Below, in pieces: positions 21,810-33,415 of a stretch of 64,000 bases of DNA. The translations under genes and the position numbers were made by a program. How positions within the stretch are numbered: the first letter of the stretch is position 1; every line of letters begins with the position of its first letter. The DNA comes from Emiliania huxleyi CCMP1516 (Eukaryota): positions 1,023,081 to 1,087,080 of the forward strand of contig NW_005201287.1 in assembly GCF_000372725.1 (NCBI RefSeq), written 5' to 3'. The notes under the pieces were generated by a model that ran no database searches, was not told the origin of the DNA, and saw only the letters and a program-made list of their open reading frames with translations.

Positions 21810-22165
21810 CCTGTTGTGCCAAAAAACAAGAATCTTAAAAGAATTTAAATAATTTCGCCACGCGCCTCAGACGGCTTGCACCACGCTCTTTCCCTTAAAC
21901 TCTGTTGGTGGTGGCGTGCCCCCCCCCCCACCCCCCTCCCGCAGCTATCGATATTTCTTTCTTTCAGCGGCTTTCTCTCCGAGCGCCTTTCATTCGCTTA
22001 CACCTCAAATGACCGTCCGCAATCACCCGGACACATGCGTGCGAATCTCAATCAGCGCCGTACCGATCACCGAACACGTCTCCGCTCACAAATGGGTCAG
22101 AGGCGCATATCACCGGCCAGCAACTCCGCCCCCCTCTCGCCTCCCCCCTTCTGGGCATCAGCTCT

Positions 22166-22516
22166 CGGGCTCGGCCGCCAACATGGACATGGACATGGAC
22201 ATGGACAGACGGGCACCCCCTCGCGCCGCTCGGCCCGCCCTCTTCCCCCTCCCCCAAGCACGCACCTGGGGCGGGCGCGAGCCAGACAGACCCTTGCGCT
22301 TGCCTCGAGCGCTGGGGGACTTCGGGCTCGGCCGCCCAACATGGACGTGGACATGGACATGGACAGACGGACGCCGGACCCTCGCGCCGCTCGGCCCCGG
22401 GCGCCGGACCCTCGCGCCGCTCGGGCCGCCTCCTCCCTCCCCCCCCCCCCCCCCCCCAAACGCACCTGTCGCGGGCGCGCAAGCCAGACCCCCGCGCTTG
22501 CCTCGAGCGCTGGGGA
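22166..22516. repeat. Duplicated blocks containing (ACATGG)n
   Basis: cgggctcggccgcc-aacatggac... at 22166 and 22323; gcgcttgcctcgagcgctgggg twice (~22296 and ~22494). Confidence 0.8.
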
Positions 22517-22540
22517 ACGTGATGACCAGCACGACGCGCC

Positions 22541-25500
22541 CTACCCGGTGCGCTGCGCCCTCTTGTCCACCTCGAGCTGCGCCGCCGCGACACGCTCGTC
22601 CGAGAAGCTCCCGACGCCGAGGCGCGCCTGCCAGAGCACCGACTTCGGGTGCAGCTCCATCTTCTCCCGCAAGTCGAGCCCGCCGTCGTCCACCGCGATG
22701 CCCGAGATCTTTAGCTTCTCTCTCGGTCGCGTGCAGGCCGTGTAAAGCAAGTTGCGCTGCCCCTTGAAGCGGTCGGCGTGCACGTGGACGTTCTTCGCCT
22801 GGCTCCCCTGCGCGGAGTACACCGTCACGATGTCCGAGTACCTACAGTGCAGATACTCACACGCCACTCACCATTCCATACTAGCCTGGTAGTTACCCCA
22901 CGCATTGCCAGGCGTACCGCCACGGCGGGCCCCACACCTTGGCGACGCCGTGCTCGCCGAGGTCGACCCACACGAACTCCTCCGGGATCCAAGCCGACGG
23001 GCACCCCTTCAACATCGGGCACGTCACCTCAAGCTGCCGCGTCTCCGCGTGGTAGCACACGACGTCGAGCGGCTCGCCCTTGCTCAGGTACCACCCACGG
23101 CCAGCCTGTCGACCCGTCCGCACGCCGGCCTTGCCGATCGGAAGGTAGTGAACCCGCTGGCCCGGGAAGGTGTACACCTCCGTCAGCATCCGCGTCGCCT
23201 GACTCGCACGCCGCTGCGCTGGCCGCGGCCAGAAGCGAAGGTCGGACCCCCCCGGTCCGCCAGACTCGCATCGGGCACGCACCACCGATAGCCCCGGCTT
23301 CGACGCGAACTTCTCCCTCGCAATCGCGTAAATCTCGAGGTTGTCGTGCACCACGTCCATGAAGGTGTCGTCGGCGACTGTCGTCGAGCACTGCTGCACG
23401 ATCGGCCAGACCGCGTCGAAGTCCTCGCGCCGCAGACCCCGGCTGAGCTTCAGCAGGTCCGCGTCGCCCGTGCGGTAAATCGTCTCGAGCGGGAAGCACG
23501 CGAGCTCGCCGTTGCTCTCTGCGCTCGTGATGAGATCTCCCTCCCAGATCATCTCCCGATCGCCCGCCCCAGCGGCGTCGTTCACAGGGGGCGTCTGCAG
23601 CCCGTCCATGAGCAGCACAAACCTAGGCTTGTTGCCGCTGCACACGCGTGGTGCGACTTGATGCGCCATGTCCAGCTGGCCGAAGTGCGTCTGCGCCGCC
23701 TCGTCGCACACGAGGGTGCTCTTGGCGAACACCCCCGCCGCCTTCACCTTCCTGGGATCGTTGCGACGGATCCCCGCCACCACCGCATCCGCCGACCACG
23801 TCTCTCCGAGCCCGACTCCCAAACCGGTGAACGTCGTGAGCGCCTCGATCTCGGGCGCGAAGCTGCGCCGCGGCAATACCTTGTCGATCGCCTCTTGGAT
23901 CGCGCGCCGTGCTCCATGAGTGGGAGCGAGCACCGCGATGTCGTCCGTCCGCAGCAGCGCCAGGATCTCGATCAGCGCAGTCTTCCCGCAGCCGGCCGGG
24001 CCAGACACGATGGTCACCTCCTTGCTGTCGACAAGCACGCCGTGCAGCGCCGCTCGCTGCGCTACATCGAGCCGCGAGTACAATTGCATAGCCTGCGCCT
24101 GCTTGTTCGCAGGTGCCTCGCCGATCACCTTTAGCAGCGCTGCCGCAACCTCATCCTCACCCCTCGGGGCGAGCATGTCGATCACCTCGTCCACGGTCAG
24201 ATTTGCGCCATCGCCTGTCAGGCCAAGCGCGCGCGCAGCGTCGCCAGGCGAGGTCGCGTCGATTGCGGAGTCGCCCGCGCGCCCGGTCCCTTGCCCGAGC
24301 CTCGACGGCGTGGAGAAGGCGACGCCAGCCGCCGCCGCCGCCCCCGTCGCCTCCGGCGCCGTCGCCACCGCCGGACTCTCCACTACCGCCGCCTTGTCCG
24401 CCGCCGCCGCCGCCTCTGCCCCCACCGCCTCCGTCGCCGCCGCCGCCTTCAACGCCTCCGCCGCCGCCTCCGGCGCCGCATCGTCCTCATCCGAGGATCC
24501 GAGATCCATCGGCAAGTCCGCCGAGTCGCCCGGGCGGGACTCCTCGCGCGGCGCCGCATCCTCGTCGTCGGAGAATCCGACCTCCATGGGCGCTCCCGCG
24601 GAGTCGCCCAAGCGAGGAGCACCGTTGCTGGACTCGTCCTCCTCGCTGCTGGCAACGACCGGCACGCGTGACGACAAACCGGGCTCCACGACGGCGGCCG
24701 CCATCGCAGGAGCCTCTCCCGTCGACGCAGGGCTCGCCGTCGCCGACACCGCAGCCATTGTGCGCCTAAACTTTCGCACGTGCAGCACCGAAGCCGCAGC
24801 AGCCTTTGAAAGCCGCAACAATTCCTCTGCGAGCTGTAGCTCCTCTTCATCGTATTCATAGCCCGCATCGCCATCTCCATCCTCGCCGCCGCCGTCGCCG
24901 CCGCCGTCGTCGCCGCCGCCGCCGCTGTCGCCGCCGCTGTCGCCGCCGCTGTCGCCGCTGTCGCCGCCGCTGTCGCCGCCGCCGTCGTCACCGGCCGCTG
25001 TGCTACGCGTCGCCTCGGCGAAGCCGCCGCCGATGTCGCCGCCGCCGCTCTCCTCGACGCCGTCGCCTGCCCCGCCGTAGCCCGCCTCACCGCTGTTGCC
25101 AGCCTCGCCGCCGCCAGCCTCACCACCGCCTTTCTCGCCGCCGCCCACCTCGCCGCCGTCGACCTCCTCGTCGCCCGTCGCCTCCGCTCCACTGTCGAGC
25201 ACTGCCTGCACCTCTCCGCCTGCCTCACCGCCAGACAAGATTGCGGAGCCGGCCGCGTCGCCCGCCGCTTCCGTCGCCTCGGGCGAGAGCCCCGCAGCGG
25301 TCGCATCGAGCGCCGCCTGCGCCGCCGAGCCCGCTACCGCCCCAGCAGCAGCCGCGGTAAACTGAATGCGCTCGGCCTCCTCGCCGCCGTAGAGCACGAC
25401 CGCGGCACCGCCGCCCAGCAGCACCAGAGCCATCTCCTCGGCGCCGCCCTCGGCGCCGCCACCTGCGCCCTCGCCGCCGCCCTCGTCGCCGCCCGCCTCG

Positions 25501-26334
25501 CCGCCGCCCCACACCCGCTGGTCCGAGTCGGACGTGACCGCCGAACCATACACGCCCGCGTAGTACACGCCCTTCTTGCGCGCGAAGGTCAACTCAAGCT
25601 CGGCCAGAGCCTGCGGCGCGAGGTACTGTATGGCCTCCCCCGCCTCGCCGCCATACAACGGCCGGGCAACGCCGCCGCCCAGCATCAGTCGCCGGCGCCC
25701 GGGGGCGCCATCCGGGAAGCGCATCAGGGCCGGCCGAGGTTCCACCGTCGGCTCGGCGATGGGCATCGAAGTTACCTCCCGCTCCTCGTCCGACCACTCG
25801 GAGGTCGACACGGACCACCAGTTCACAGACTCGTTAGCGCCGCTGTTGCCGTCGCCGACACCCTCGCCGCCCTGCATCGAGTCGTCCTCCGAGACCTCGA
25901 CCACCTCGCCTCCTGGCATAGAGACGTCCTCCGAGCCCTCGACCACCTCGCTGCCCTGCATCGAGTCGTCCTCCGAGTCGGTGACCACCTCGACCCAGAC
26001 CTCACGAGGATCGTCGCCGCAGCCGTCCTCGGCGCCGACCCCTTCGTCGCCCTCGCCGCCGCCGCCGCTGCCGCCCCCTCCGTCGCCGTCGTCGCCGCCC
26101 TCCGCCACGCTCTCGTCGCTTGCCCCGCCGTCGCCTGCCTCGGCCGCATCGCCCGCCGCTGTCTCCGCCGCCTCGGGCGAGAGTCCCGTTGCGGTCGCAC
26201 CGAGCGCCGCCTGCGTCGCCGAGGACGCTACCGCCCCAGCAGCAGCCGCCGTAAACTGGATGCGCTCGGCCTCCTCGCCGCCGTAGAGCACGCACGCAAC
26301 GCCGCCGCCCAGCAGAGCCAGAGCCATCTCCTCC

Positions 26335-26414
<80 letters not shown>

Positions 26415-28244
26415 CTCGCCGCCGCCCTCGCCGCCGCCCTCGCTGCCGTCGCCGCTGCCGTCGCCCTCGCCTCCACCGCCGTCTACGTCGCCGCCGTCGC
26501 TGCCTCCCTCCGCCTCGCCCTCGCCTCCGCCTCCCTCCGCCTCGCCCTCGCCTCCGCCGCCATCAGCATCGTCCTCGCCATCCCCTCTCTCCGCCCCGTC
26601 GAAGCCGCCGCCGTCCGCCTCCCCGCCGCCTCCGCCGCCTCCGCCTCCGCCACCACCGCTATCGCCACCCTCGCCGCNNNNNNNNNNNNNNNNNNNNNNN
26701 NNNNNNNNNNNNNNNNNNNNNNNNNNNNNNNNNNNNNNNNNNNNNNNNNNNNNNNNNNNNNNNNNNNNNNNNNNNNNNNNNNNNNNNNNNNNNNNNNNNN
26801 NNNNNNNNNNNNNNNNNNNNNNNNNNNNNNNNNNNNNNNNNNNNNNNNNNNNNNNNNNNNNNNNNNNNNNNNNNNNNNNNNNNNNNNNNNNNNNNNNNNN
26901 NNNNNNNNNNNNNNNNNNNNNNNNNNNNNNNNNNNNNNNNNNNNNNNNNNNNNNNNNNNNNNNNNNNNNNNNNNNNNNNNNNNNNNNNNNNNNNNNNNNN
27001 NNNNNNNNNNNNNNNNNNNNNNNNNNNNNNNNNNNNNNNNNNNNNNNNNNNNNNNNNNNNNNNNNNNNNNNNNNNNNNNNNNNNNNNNNNNNNNNNNNNN
27101 NNNNNNNNNNNNNNNNNNNNNNNNNNNNNNNNNNNNNNNNNNNNNNNNNNNNNNNNNNNNNNNNNNNNNNNNNNNNNNNNNNNNNNNNNNNNNNNNNNNN
27201 NNNNNNNNNNNNNNNNNNNNNNNNNNNNNNNNNNNNNNNNNNNNNNNNNNNNNNNNNNNNNNNNNNNNNNNNNNNNNNNNNNNNNNNNNNNNNNNNNNNN
27301 NNNNNNNNNNNNNNNNNNNNNNNNNNNNNNNNNNNNNNNNNNNNNNNNNNNNNNNNNNNNNNNNNNNNNNNNCTGCCGGGCAGTCCGACCTCGTCGACAC
27401 CGCCTCCGCCGCGACCTCCCAAGCCGACGAGGTCGTCGCCGCCGTCAACGACATCGAGATCGAGCACGGTTTCGCCACCAGGAACGACGCCAGGCACAGC
27501 GCCGCTGCTCAAGCCGCCAGCGCCAGCGCCGCCGCCAAAACCGCCACGCAGGCACTCGTAGCCGCCAGCGACAACACCCACACCATCGTCGCCGACCTCT
27601 CCGCCTGCGAGAGGTGAAGGCATGGCATCCGACGCGCATGCTTTCCACAACTCGTAGACGAGATCCGCGTCTCCCTCCTCGTCGCAGCTGGATGCGCCAA
27701 TGTCCAGCCTCGGCGGCGACTCGGGCCGCTCGCCGGCAACCTTTGCAGCCTTTGCAGGACTTGCAGCCCAGTACTTACGTTTTCTCCACTGGCTGATCGC
27801 GACGCCGCGGATCACGTGCACGCCCTCGACGCGGCAAAGTACCGTCTGCACGTCCATGGGGGTCTTGGCCTCGCGTATGGATGGCATGAACTGCCAGGCC
27901 AGCTCCTTGCTGTCCGGATGCAAGATTGATTTTCGACACCAGCACGGCTTAAACTTCGTGTACTTCTGATGCTTGTTGGGCATTCGTTTGACTTGCAATC
28001 GTCCCAGCTTGGTATGACCTTGGTACGACCCAAATCTCGCCCTCGATTTCTTTCCCAGACTTTTCGGTGCCCGTCGTTTCCACGTTATTTTCAGCGCCGT
28101 TTGCGCCCGGACATGATTTTTTTGGCGCTCGGGCATTCCCCTGCGCGATTTCTTTTCACGAGAGCAAGTAGAAGGTGTCCGTCCCCTTCCGCTCGACGCT
28201 GGAGTCACGGTCCCCGACGCCACGCCAGCCCCAGCTTGCTGCAC
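22541..28244 (-). CDS. Pif1/RecD-family SF1B helicase with a long low-complexity mosaic N-terminus (gap 26678-27372; intron ~22842-22917)
   Basis: Walker A GPAGCGKT, motif Ia LAPTHGA, Walker B VCDEA, DGLQTPPV, LETIYR, and after the intron VTVYSAQGSQ and LYTACTR. Continuity across the N gap is unproven. Confidence 0.8.
26678..27372. other. Assembly gap
   Basis: Run of N. Confidence 1.
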
Positions 28245-28359
28245 AGCAACTGCGCCACAGCGGCGTCCCGGCCGCGGCCTGCTTCACCCGCTGTAATTAC
28301 AGAAATTCTCCTGCTGTAATTGCTTCTACAACAGGCTCAAATCTCGAAAGCCACGCCTC

Positions 28360-29065
28360 ATGCCGATCCTGGCTCTACCACCGCCAATCACACCACCGCC
28401 GCCACGCCCACCCCACGCCGTCAGGCCAAGGACGTCAAACAGACCGGGCCTACACCGCGTTATCACCGGCCTTGCCACCGGTACGGTACGGGCGGGGGCC
28501 GCACCACCGGCCTCACCGCGCACCACCGGCCTCACCACCACCGCCACCACCCTCCGCACCGCCCCTCCTCCGCCCTCCCTGTTGTCGCAGACGCCTCCCT
28601 CGCGGGGATTTACGCCGCCTCTCCGCCGCCTTTCCGCCATCCTCGCCTCCGCCCGCCGCCCTCGCCGCCGCCGCCCTCACACCCGCCGCCGCTGCCGCCG
28701 CCGCCGCCGCCACCCTCGCTGCCGCCGCCCGCCCCGCCGCCGCCCTCGCCTCCGCCGCCGTCCGGGATGCCGCCGCTCTCGCCCTCGCCTCCAGCCGCGC
28801 CGCCCCCGTCGCCGCCTGCCCGCCCCGGCGCCCTCCCCACGGCGGTGCTGTGCGCGCCTTCGCACAGTGGCGCCACTGTGCCAGTTACTGTCCCTGCGCC
28901 AGTGACACCAGAGCCTTTTTTTTCACGGATTCAAGATCAAAGATTACCTGCGCTTCGCTCGCCATCCCGAGATCACCCACACACGACCGTATTACACATT
29001 TGCACCCCGACTCACGGTCTCACATTTGCACCCCGACTCAAACCTCTTGCGACGCACCGCGGTGA
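28360..29065 (+). other. His/Pro-rich (SPPPP) low-complexity segment inside the element, possibly a captured host gene fragment
   Basis: HHRPHHHRHHPPHRP...PPPSPPPPSHPPP in one + frame; no clear start or domain. Confidence 0.3.
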
Positions 29066-32000
29066 TCACTCGCGTCTTCATCAGCCTCATCGCCGCAGCC
29101 CGGCGCTCCGTCGCCTCCGTCGAGCGCCGCGATCGCCTCGGCGACCGTCTCGTCGTCGAGCTCGAGCTCGTCGACGGCCGCGCCCAGCAGGGGCGCGTCT
29201 CCCGCCTCGCTCGCGCTCGCCTTGGCGGTCGCCGCCGCCCCGGCCGCGTACGCCGCGTTGCCGATCGCGGCCCGCGCCGAGAGGTTGTACCACGCCCAAT
29301 ACGTCTCCCGGAAGCTCTCGCCCAGCGATGCGGCCGCGCCCACCGCGAGCGGCTCGACGGCTGCGTTCTCGGCCTGGGGTTCGCGCTGCCAGCGCAGCCG
29401 CACCGCGCCGCCGCAGTGCACGCACCGCCGCTCCTCGAACCGTGCGACCGTGGTCGGCCACTCGATGGAGGGTCGGCCTGCGCAGTCCTCCGAGCCGCAC
29501 TCGAGGATGCAGATGTCCTCGCTCCGCCGCCGCACGCGCCCGTACACCTCTGCCGGTGTGCCCGCCGTCGGAAGCACGTGCAGAGCCCCCACACGCAGGA
29601 TCGAGCCCTGCAGCTTCGCCGGAAGCTTCCGCAGCATCCGCAGCTCGCGCGTGCGGTCCCTGCGATCCAGCCCGAACGCGATCGCGTCGTCCTCCGACCG
29701 AGGGGCCCACGCGTGCGTCGAGAGCATCGCCATCCGCAGCGCCGGCGCAGCGCGCAGCCGCTCCTGCCCCTCCTTGTAGAGCCGAAGCTGGTGCGCCTCC
29801 ACCGCGTCGCTCTCCGCCTCACCCTTCCGATGGCGGAGCCGGAGCTGCGCCGCCTCGTACTCGTCCACCTCCTCGCCGCCACCGGCCGCACGCGCGCTCG
29901 CCTTGAAATACTTCGGCAGCAGCGCGACGCCGAGCCGCCGCTGCAGCTTGCGTCGTGCGCTCGCCACCTCCTCCACCGCCTCCGCCACCTTCGCGTCGCT
30001 GCGCGCCGCCTGCCGCTCCGGGCACGCCTGCGGCAGGTCGCCGAAGCCGCGCACGCCACCCACCTCCGGCACACGCGACGCCGAGAGCGACGTCAGCGGC
30101 GCGCGCTCCACGCTCCCGAGCGCGTCGCGCCGCATCCAGTAAGCGCCGAGATCGCGCGTGCGCAGGTCTGCGCGATACACCCGATTCATCGTCCGAGAGT
30201 TGACCTGGCGGTGGCCCAGCACTCGCGCAGCGACGGCGCCGTCGCCCGCCGACGCCGGCTGCTCGCACGCGTCTTTGCGCAGGCTCCACGCGCCCACCTT
30301 ATGCCGGCTCATGCCAAGCTGGCGCCCCGTCTCGATCAGGCGCCGGCAGAGTCGCTGCACGTCGAAGCTCTCGGTGAACAAGAAGAGGCCCGTCGCCTCG
30401 TCGACGCCTGGGAACAGAGGCCGGTCCAAGGCCGCCTTGTCGAGCACCCAGCCATCCGCTCGGCACGCCGCCACTAGCGCCGGGAGCGTCTCGTAACCCG
30501 TGTCCGCCAGCTCGAGCCCGGCGAACCCGCTCGGCTCGGCCACCTTGCGACGCAGCGCCGCCGCGCTCGCTTCGCTCAGCTTCGAGTAGCACGCCCTGAA
30601 GCTTCCGCAGCGCAGCAGCAGGCGCACCATCGCCAGCGTCCCGATGCGCATCATCTGGTCCGAGTCGGGCGTGATCGCCGTCCCAAACTCGTAGCACGCG
30701 TAGTACTCGCCCTTCTTCCGCGCAAAGGTCACCTCCATCCGGATGAGGGCCTCGAAGTCGCCCTCGGTCATCACGCCCGCCCCGCCTAGTCCCCGCAGCA
30801 GCTCATCCGCGGCGATGGACAGGTCGCCCATCGTCAGCGGCGGCAGCTCGTGCCTGCCGGCGAGCGGCACGGCTCAGTGTCATCTCGCCCCATCGCACGC
30901 CAACGCCACCGTTCTACTCGCCTCTCTCTCTCTCTCTCTCAGCGGGAGACGCGCGCCAGTGGCTGTCCGAATCGGCCGCGTCCGCCGCGTCGTTCACCGC
31001 CATGCCCGGCCGGCACCCGGTCTGCCGCGCGAAGCACAAGTAGGCGTTCATGATGAAGGCCACGTTCACCTCGAACGGCTCCATCAGCTGCGTGTCCTGC
31101 ATCTGGTACTCTCCCACCTGGAAGAGGTGCTGCTTCGTGCACGGCTTCGTCGTCGCCTCGCGCAGCTCGGCCATCGTCCGCCGGCTCGCCACCGCGCTCG
31201 CCCTCTCGCTCGCCGCCCGCTGCGCCGCCTCACTCTGCCCGTGCGACGCGCTCTCCTGCGCCGCCTCGCGGCCCGCCGCCCGGCCGGCGGCTCCTGCCGC
31301 GTCCTTCATCCCGCCGCCGCCGCCGTCGTACAGCGACATCACCTGCTTGGTCACCAGCCGCCAGTACTGCCTCGCGTCGTCCGGCATCGCCGGCCAGATC
31401 TCGCGCCACACGTGGTTCTTCATGTGCTGCAGCGCGACGTAGACCGTGTTCTCGCCGCGCCCCGTGCGCACCGTCGGCTCCTCGTCCCGCGCGTCGCCCC
31501 GCTCGGTCGCGTGCCACCGGCTCGCCCTCGGCGCGGTGATTCGCGTCGTCGCCAGCCACTTGCCGAAGCGGATCGTCCACCGCACCGTCGGGTGCAGACC
31601 GAGGGCCGTCCGCTGCATCGGCACGCTCTTCCCCGCCGCGGCCTGCGTCGCCAGGAACTCGCGCAGCCGCAGGCGCACGCGCCGAAGCTGCACCGACAGC
31701 GCCGGCCCGTGTGGCGCTAGCATCGGCCGCCCATCGCCGCACGCGGCCTCCTCCTGCCGCTCGTCATCCTCCGCCTCGAGGGCGTCCGCCAGCGCGCTGC
31801 GCCGCACACCCCGGCGCACAGGAGGCGGCGCCGGCCGCACCTCGGCCGCCTCGGCGTCGCCCGCGGCACGGGCGCCCCGCTCGCCGTCCGCGCGGTCCAT
31901 CGCCGCATCCCCATCCCCGTCTGCGGCAGCGCCGCCTGCGCCCGTGCCGGCCTGCTCTGCGACGGCTCGCCACCGCTCGTCGTCCAGCATGTGCCACCAC

Positions 32001-32572
32001 CGCCGATCCGGGTAGCCGTCGTACTCGACCTGGTGCGCGATCCGTCCGTCCCCGTCCTCCTCCCGCGCCATGACGGTCGCAGGGTACCACCGCTCACTGT
32101 CGCAGAAGATCTCGAGGCGCGATCCGGTGGACAGGACAGTGTGGCCGTCGAGCGCCGCCCTGGCATCCTCGCGCTGTCGCTTCCGCCGCTTCGCCTTCGT
32201 CTCCTTGCTGCGCAGCAGGGTGTAGTTCGGGCCCACCTCCGCCACGCTGTCCAGCAGCTGGGCGGCGCTCGCCATCTCGACCGCGTCGTCCTCCGGCGGA
32301 AGCTCCGCGTCGCCCGCGGCCGCTTCCCGAGCGCGCTCGTCGCGCATCCGCTCGTGGTGGGCCTGCCGACGCGCCACGCCGGCGCCCGTGTGCCTCGCCG
32401 CCGCGTCCGGTGACCGCATCGGTCGCTGCCACAGGTCGTCCCACAGGTCGTACCAACAGGTCGTCCCAAAGGGGACGCATCCAAACCGCCGCATTTCGCC
32501 CGCCGAAAAGTCTCCCACTCGCTCTGCCCCAATCTCGAACCAATCTCGAGTCGTCTCACTAGTTACATACAT
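29038..32572 (-). CDS. Tyrosine recombinase with N-terminal Tudor-like domain and C-terminal Cys finger; GC-AG intron 30854-30956
   Basis: Catalytic set in order: R (FARQTGCRPG), K (FARKKG), SLR (WSLRK), H (RVLGH), Y (MNRVY). Tudor-like GSRLEIF..RWYPATV..HQVEYDG; C-terminal CGSEDC..CVHC. The intron joins the two track ORFs in frame (..HW|HELPPLTMGDL). Confidence 0.82.
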
Positions 32573-33415
32573 ACCTGGAAAAACCCGGGTATACCCGGGT
32601 AATACCCGCACTTTTGCATGGTTTCGCCCCCGGGACCACACCGACAGCCGCTACAACTACTTAAAACCCCGCATACCACTTTCGCATACCACTATACCAT
32701 ACCACTCCAAAACTAATCAAAATATCGCCAAATACCAGTCTCATACCGGTAAAGATTGCACACTGCGTGCACGTCCACTGTCTACCAGGCCCTGGTCGCA
32801 CACTGGACTGCCACTGAGCTGCGCTGGTGCGGAAACTCAGCATCAGGATCTACTGGCGCTCTTCTCGCAGCCGCAAAAAAGAATTTTTATAATATTCCTG
32901 TAGGCGCGGCGCGCCACGGTGAGAGGCGGATCTTCACGGCCGCAAGTTTGTGTGAAAGGAGGCGGTCTTCCCGTGGATCCTCGCGCGCTCCCACCGGCAG
33001 GAGGGCGCCCGCCGCCGTCTTCCCGGGCGAGCTCAACTTGTCGGCAGATGTTCAGTGTAAAAACTTTTTCATCGTGGCCGCCAATGCCAGCGAACGCGAA
33101 CATACTCGCATCGATCTCGCTCTCGCACGACATTTGCGATTTGGATTTTCAGGATTCATCTCCGCGGACGCGCGGAGACTACTGCGCTCGTGTCGCGCGC
33201 GGCGCCACCCCCCCCCCCCCCCCCCCGGGGGGCGGGCCATTGCCCTAACTCACCTACTGCCTCACACACCCGAGGGCGGAGCAAGCGAGAGGCCTGCAGG
33301 CTGCTAAAGAGCGCAGGCCAGCTCCTCCTCGCCCGCCCTCGGTGCGCCCAGAACCGAGAGAAGCAGCCCTGCCTCGCCCTCCCTACTTTTGTTGCCGCGC
33401 CGGAGGGGCGGGGAG

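Larger units (their letters stand above)
20281..32774 (-). mobile_element. ~12.5-kb tyrosine-recombinase element carrying a Pif1-like helicase
   Basis: Perfect 33-bp inverted repeats ACGTGCACGCAGTGTGCAATCTTTACCGGTATG at 20281-20313 and 32742-32774 enclose the YR, helicase and Cys-rich ORFs, all on the minus strand. Confidence 0.8.

Noticed and set aside
22541..28244. Helitron RepHel
   Set aside because: No HUH/Y2 Rep motifs are visible, and the element has inverted ends and a YR instead. The N gap leaves slight uncertainty.
29038..32641. DIRS/Ngaro retrotransposon or Polinton-like virus
   Set aside because: No RT/RNase H, capsid, packaging ATPase or PolB lies between the inverted repeats, and the YR has an intron.
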